Shown here piece after piece: positions 32,101 through 34,127 of a stretch of 34,127 bases of DNA. The notes below the pieces were generated by a model. It saw only the letters and a list, made by a program, of their open reading frames with translations, ran no database searches and had not been told where the DNA came from. The DNA lies in NCBI GenBank assembly GCA_008632985.1, contig QPGO01000391.1:1-34127 (forward strand). The letters run 5' to 3'. Source of the DNA: Psammoneis japonica. Its lineage: Eukaryota. The number at the start of each line of letters is the position of its first letter. Position 1 is the stretch's first letter. The position numbers and the translations under genes are program-made.

Positions 32101-33609
32101 GTTGTTTCAAGGGACAGCGTGCGGTTGGGATTCCTGCTGGCAGCATTGAATGGAGTGGACATTGCGGCTGTCGACCTGGAGAACGCGCATTTGAATGCCC
32201 CGTGTGTGGAGAAGATCTGGTTCGAAGGTGGCAGGGAATGTGGAGAGTGCCAAGGCAAGGTTCTAGTTGTGACTCGAGCGCTGTGCGGTTTGAAGAGCTC
32301 TGGACACTCTTGGAGGTCCGCATTGGCATCGGTTTTACGGAACATGGGTTTTGAATCAACGAAGGCGGATCCCGACGTTTGTGTTCGTGCGGCGACTCGT
32401 GACGATGGGCGTGAGCATTATGAAATGCTTTTGGTTTGTGTTGACGACATTCTGATCATTTCTCATCAAGGAAAATCTGTTGTCGAGAGCACAGGTGAAT
32501 CATTTGCTGTCAAACCTGGGAGTGAAGGAGAGCCATCGTCATGCCTTGGAGCCGACGTTGAGAAGGTTCAGACCGAAGATGGGCGTGCCATTTGGGCAAG
32601 CTCACCGAAGTCGTGTGTCAAGTCGGCGATCAAGACGGTGGAAGGGCCATCAGAAGAGGATGGTGATGGAGCAGTCTTGAAGAACAATGTGAGGGACCCA
32701 CTGCCTTCTAAGCACAAGCCGGAATTAGACGTGACGGACGAGTTGGGACCCGATTTGGCAGACAGGCATTTGCAGTTGATTGGCATTTGTCGTTGGGCGA
32801 TCGAGTTGGGCCATGTCGACATCTTGCATGAAGTTTCCATTCTCTCTCAATGTCAAGCCAACCCAAGGAAAGGGCACCTCGAAGCGTTGCACCATGTGTT
32901 CGCGTGTGTGAAGAAGCATTTGAATGTCGGTCGCATTGGCTTTGACCCGAAGATGCCTGTGATTGACGAATCTGTTTTCAATTCTGCTGCGGACTGGACG
33001 GAGTTTTACGGGGACGTTGAGGAGGAGTTGCCGCCACGGATGCCCAAGCCCCGTGGCAACCCGGCAAATGTGTCTGCATTTGTTGACGCTAACCATGCGG
33101 GAAACGTTGTCACTCGCAGATCGCATGGCGGGATTTTGACATTCGTGAACAATGCTCCGATCATTTGGTTCAGCAAGTGGCAGAACACAGTGGAGTCGGT
33201 GACGTTTGGCAGCGAATTGGTTGCGATGCGCATTTGCAAGGAGCTGATTGTTGCTTTGCGTTGCAAACTTCGTATGTTTGGAGTGCCGATTGAAGGCCCT
33301 GCCAATGCATTTTGCGACAACCGCGGCGTGGTGAAGAACGTCAGTGTTCCGGAATCTGTGTTGCACAAGAAGCACAATGCTGTCAACTGTCATTTGGTTC
33401 GTGAAGCGGTTGCGGCTGGTGTTGTTCGCGTCGGGAAGGAGGACACCGACACGAATTTGGCGGATTTGTTTACGAAGGTGACGACGGGAGAGCGGCGTTG
33501 GAAACTTTGCTCTTGTGTCTTTTGGCAGAGCCCCGACACCAAGGCCAGACACCTGCGGCTCGCGCCCACGTGTTTTCGGCCTCCCAAGCCAGCATTGCTG
33601 GTGGTCTGA
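29197..33609 (+). pseudogene. pol: Copia-3 pol with an internal TGA at 31291-31293
   Basis: ECDTHAGACCAG (PR); WFVDT, SDGAGE, QNHAAEREI (IN); KARFVAGGH, GLKSSG, CVDD (RT); FVDANHAGN, CDNRGV, NLADLFTK (RH). Confidence 0.95.
29882..30248. other. Assembly gap
   Basis: Run of N. Confidence 1.
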
Positions 33610-33692
33610 ATTTGGGTTTTGTGTTTGCCTCTCTATGAGAGGATGTTCTAGGTTTAGACGAATCGGCGTTGTCACTGCCGTTTTGCGGGGAC

Positions 33693-33874
33693 CAAGCAAA
33701 TCTGGGTGGAGTGGTCAGTCCCTGGTCCGGGGCTGACGCGCACGATCTGGTGGTTTGTTCTTTCCCACAATCTTGTGCGATCTAATCGACACAGGGTTCT
33801 CTTTGGTTTGTCACTGCTGCTCTCAGGCTTGAGGTGCTGTCATTGCCCCACGCGGCCACATCGGCATTAATTCG
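33693..33874 (+). repeat. Copia-3 3' LTR
   Basis: Direct repeat of 27041-27222, preceded by GCGGGGAC. Confidence 0.93.
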
Positions 33875-34127
33875 CAAGAAGTCTGGAATGCCAAAAAAGT
33901 CTGGAATTTCGCGCACGCGCATGTCGTCGTTTTTCAGTCTTGCAAATTGAATTTTTAAGTCTTGAGAATGATTTGAATCGGCAGTCGCTGCAACGATGAT
34001 AATTTGCGACAGCTTTCGCTTCGACAACGCCGCACAATTTCAGCAAAATGGAGCAGACGCCACTCAGCAGAGAGTCACTGTTGCCTTCTGGCAAGCGTCG
34101 CAGCACGTTGCAAGCTGACCGACAACT

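Larger units (their letters stand above)
27041..33874 (+). mobile_element. Ty1/Copia LTR retrotransposon, Copia-3 (CoDi-like, CG..CG termini, contains a gap)
   Basis: 182-bp direct LTRs, TSD CAAG (27037-27040, 33875-33878), PBS, gag, and pol in PR-IN-RT-RH order. Confidence 0.96.

Noticed and set aside
3808..33609. Alternative genetic code or selenocysteine/UGA reassignment to explain in-frame TGAs and Cys-for-Tyr
   Set aside because: Tyr is replaced by both Cys and His, intact TAY Tyr codons persist, non-coding LTRs show the same changes, and internal TGAs fall at likely Arg sites.
3403..33874. ADAR-type RNA editing, DGR-like RT mutagenesis or classical RIP as the cause of the A-to-G pattern
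   Set aside because: Changes occur on both strands, differ between paired LTRs and affect non-TE DNA; no template/variable repeat pair is present; RIP would create TA rather than remove it.

Overview
Eukaryotic, transposon-dense window, most likely from a diatom (inferred from the CoDi-like Copia elements and the RI-like LRR gene). It holds the 5' part of an LRR gene (1-538, minus), one complete Ty3/Gypsy element (3403-8577), three complete Ty1/Copia elements (10254-16559, 17695-24238, 27041-33874), an EEP-family nuclease/phosphatase gene split in frame by the first Copia, a ~400 bp dispersed repeat, degraded unidentifiable DNA and two assembly gaps. The main signal is a mutational process: from about 950 to 33870 TpA dinucleotides have largely been converted to TpG or CpA (A-to-G on either strand). 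LTR pairs differ mostly at such sites, conserved Tyr codons have become Cys/His (including YxDD in 3 of 4 reverse transcriptases), and the non-TE gene is also hit. This resembles a RIP-like genome defence running opposite to fungal RIP, superimposed on CpG decay. Also notable: all four elements have gag and pol in frame across a single TGA-CTN, two Copia elements have CG-type LTR termini with 4 bp TSDs and a TGG-less tRNA-iMet PBS, and one has a PBS matching the tRNA-iMet D-arm. All counts are manual.
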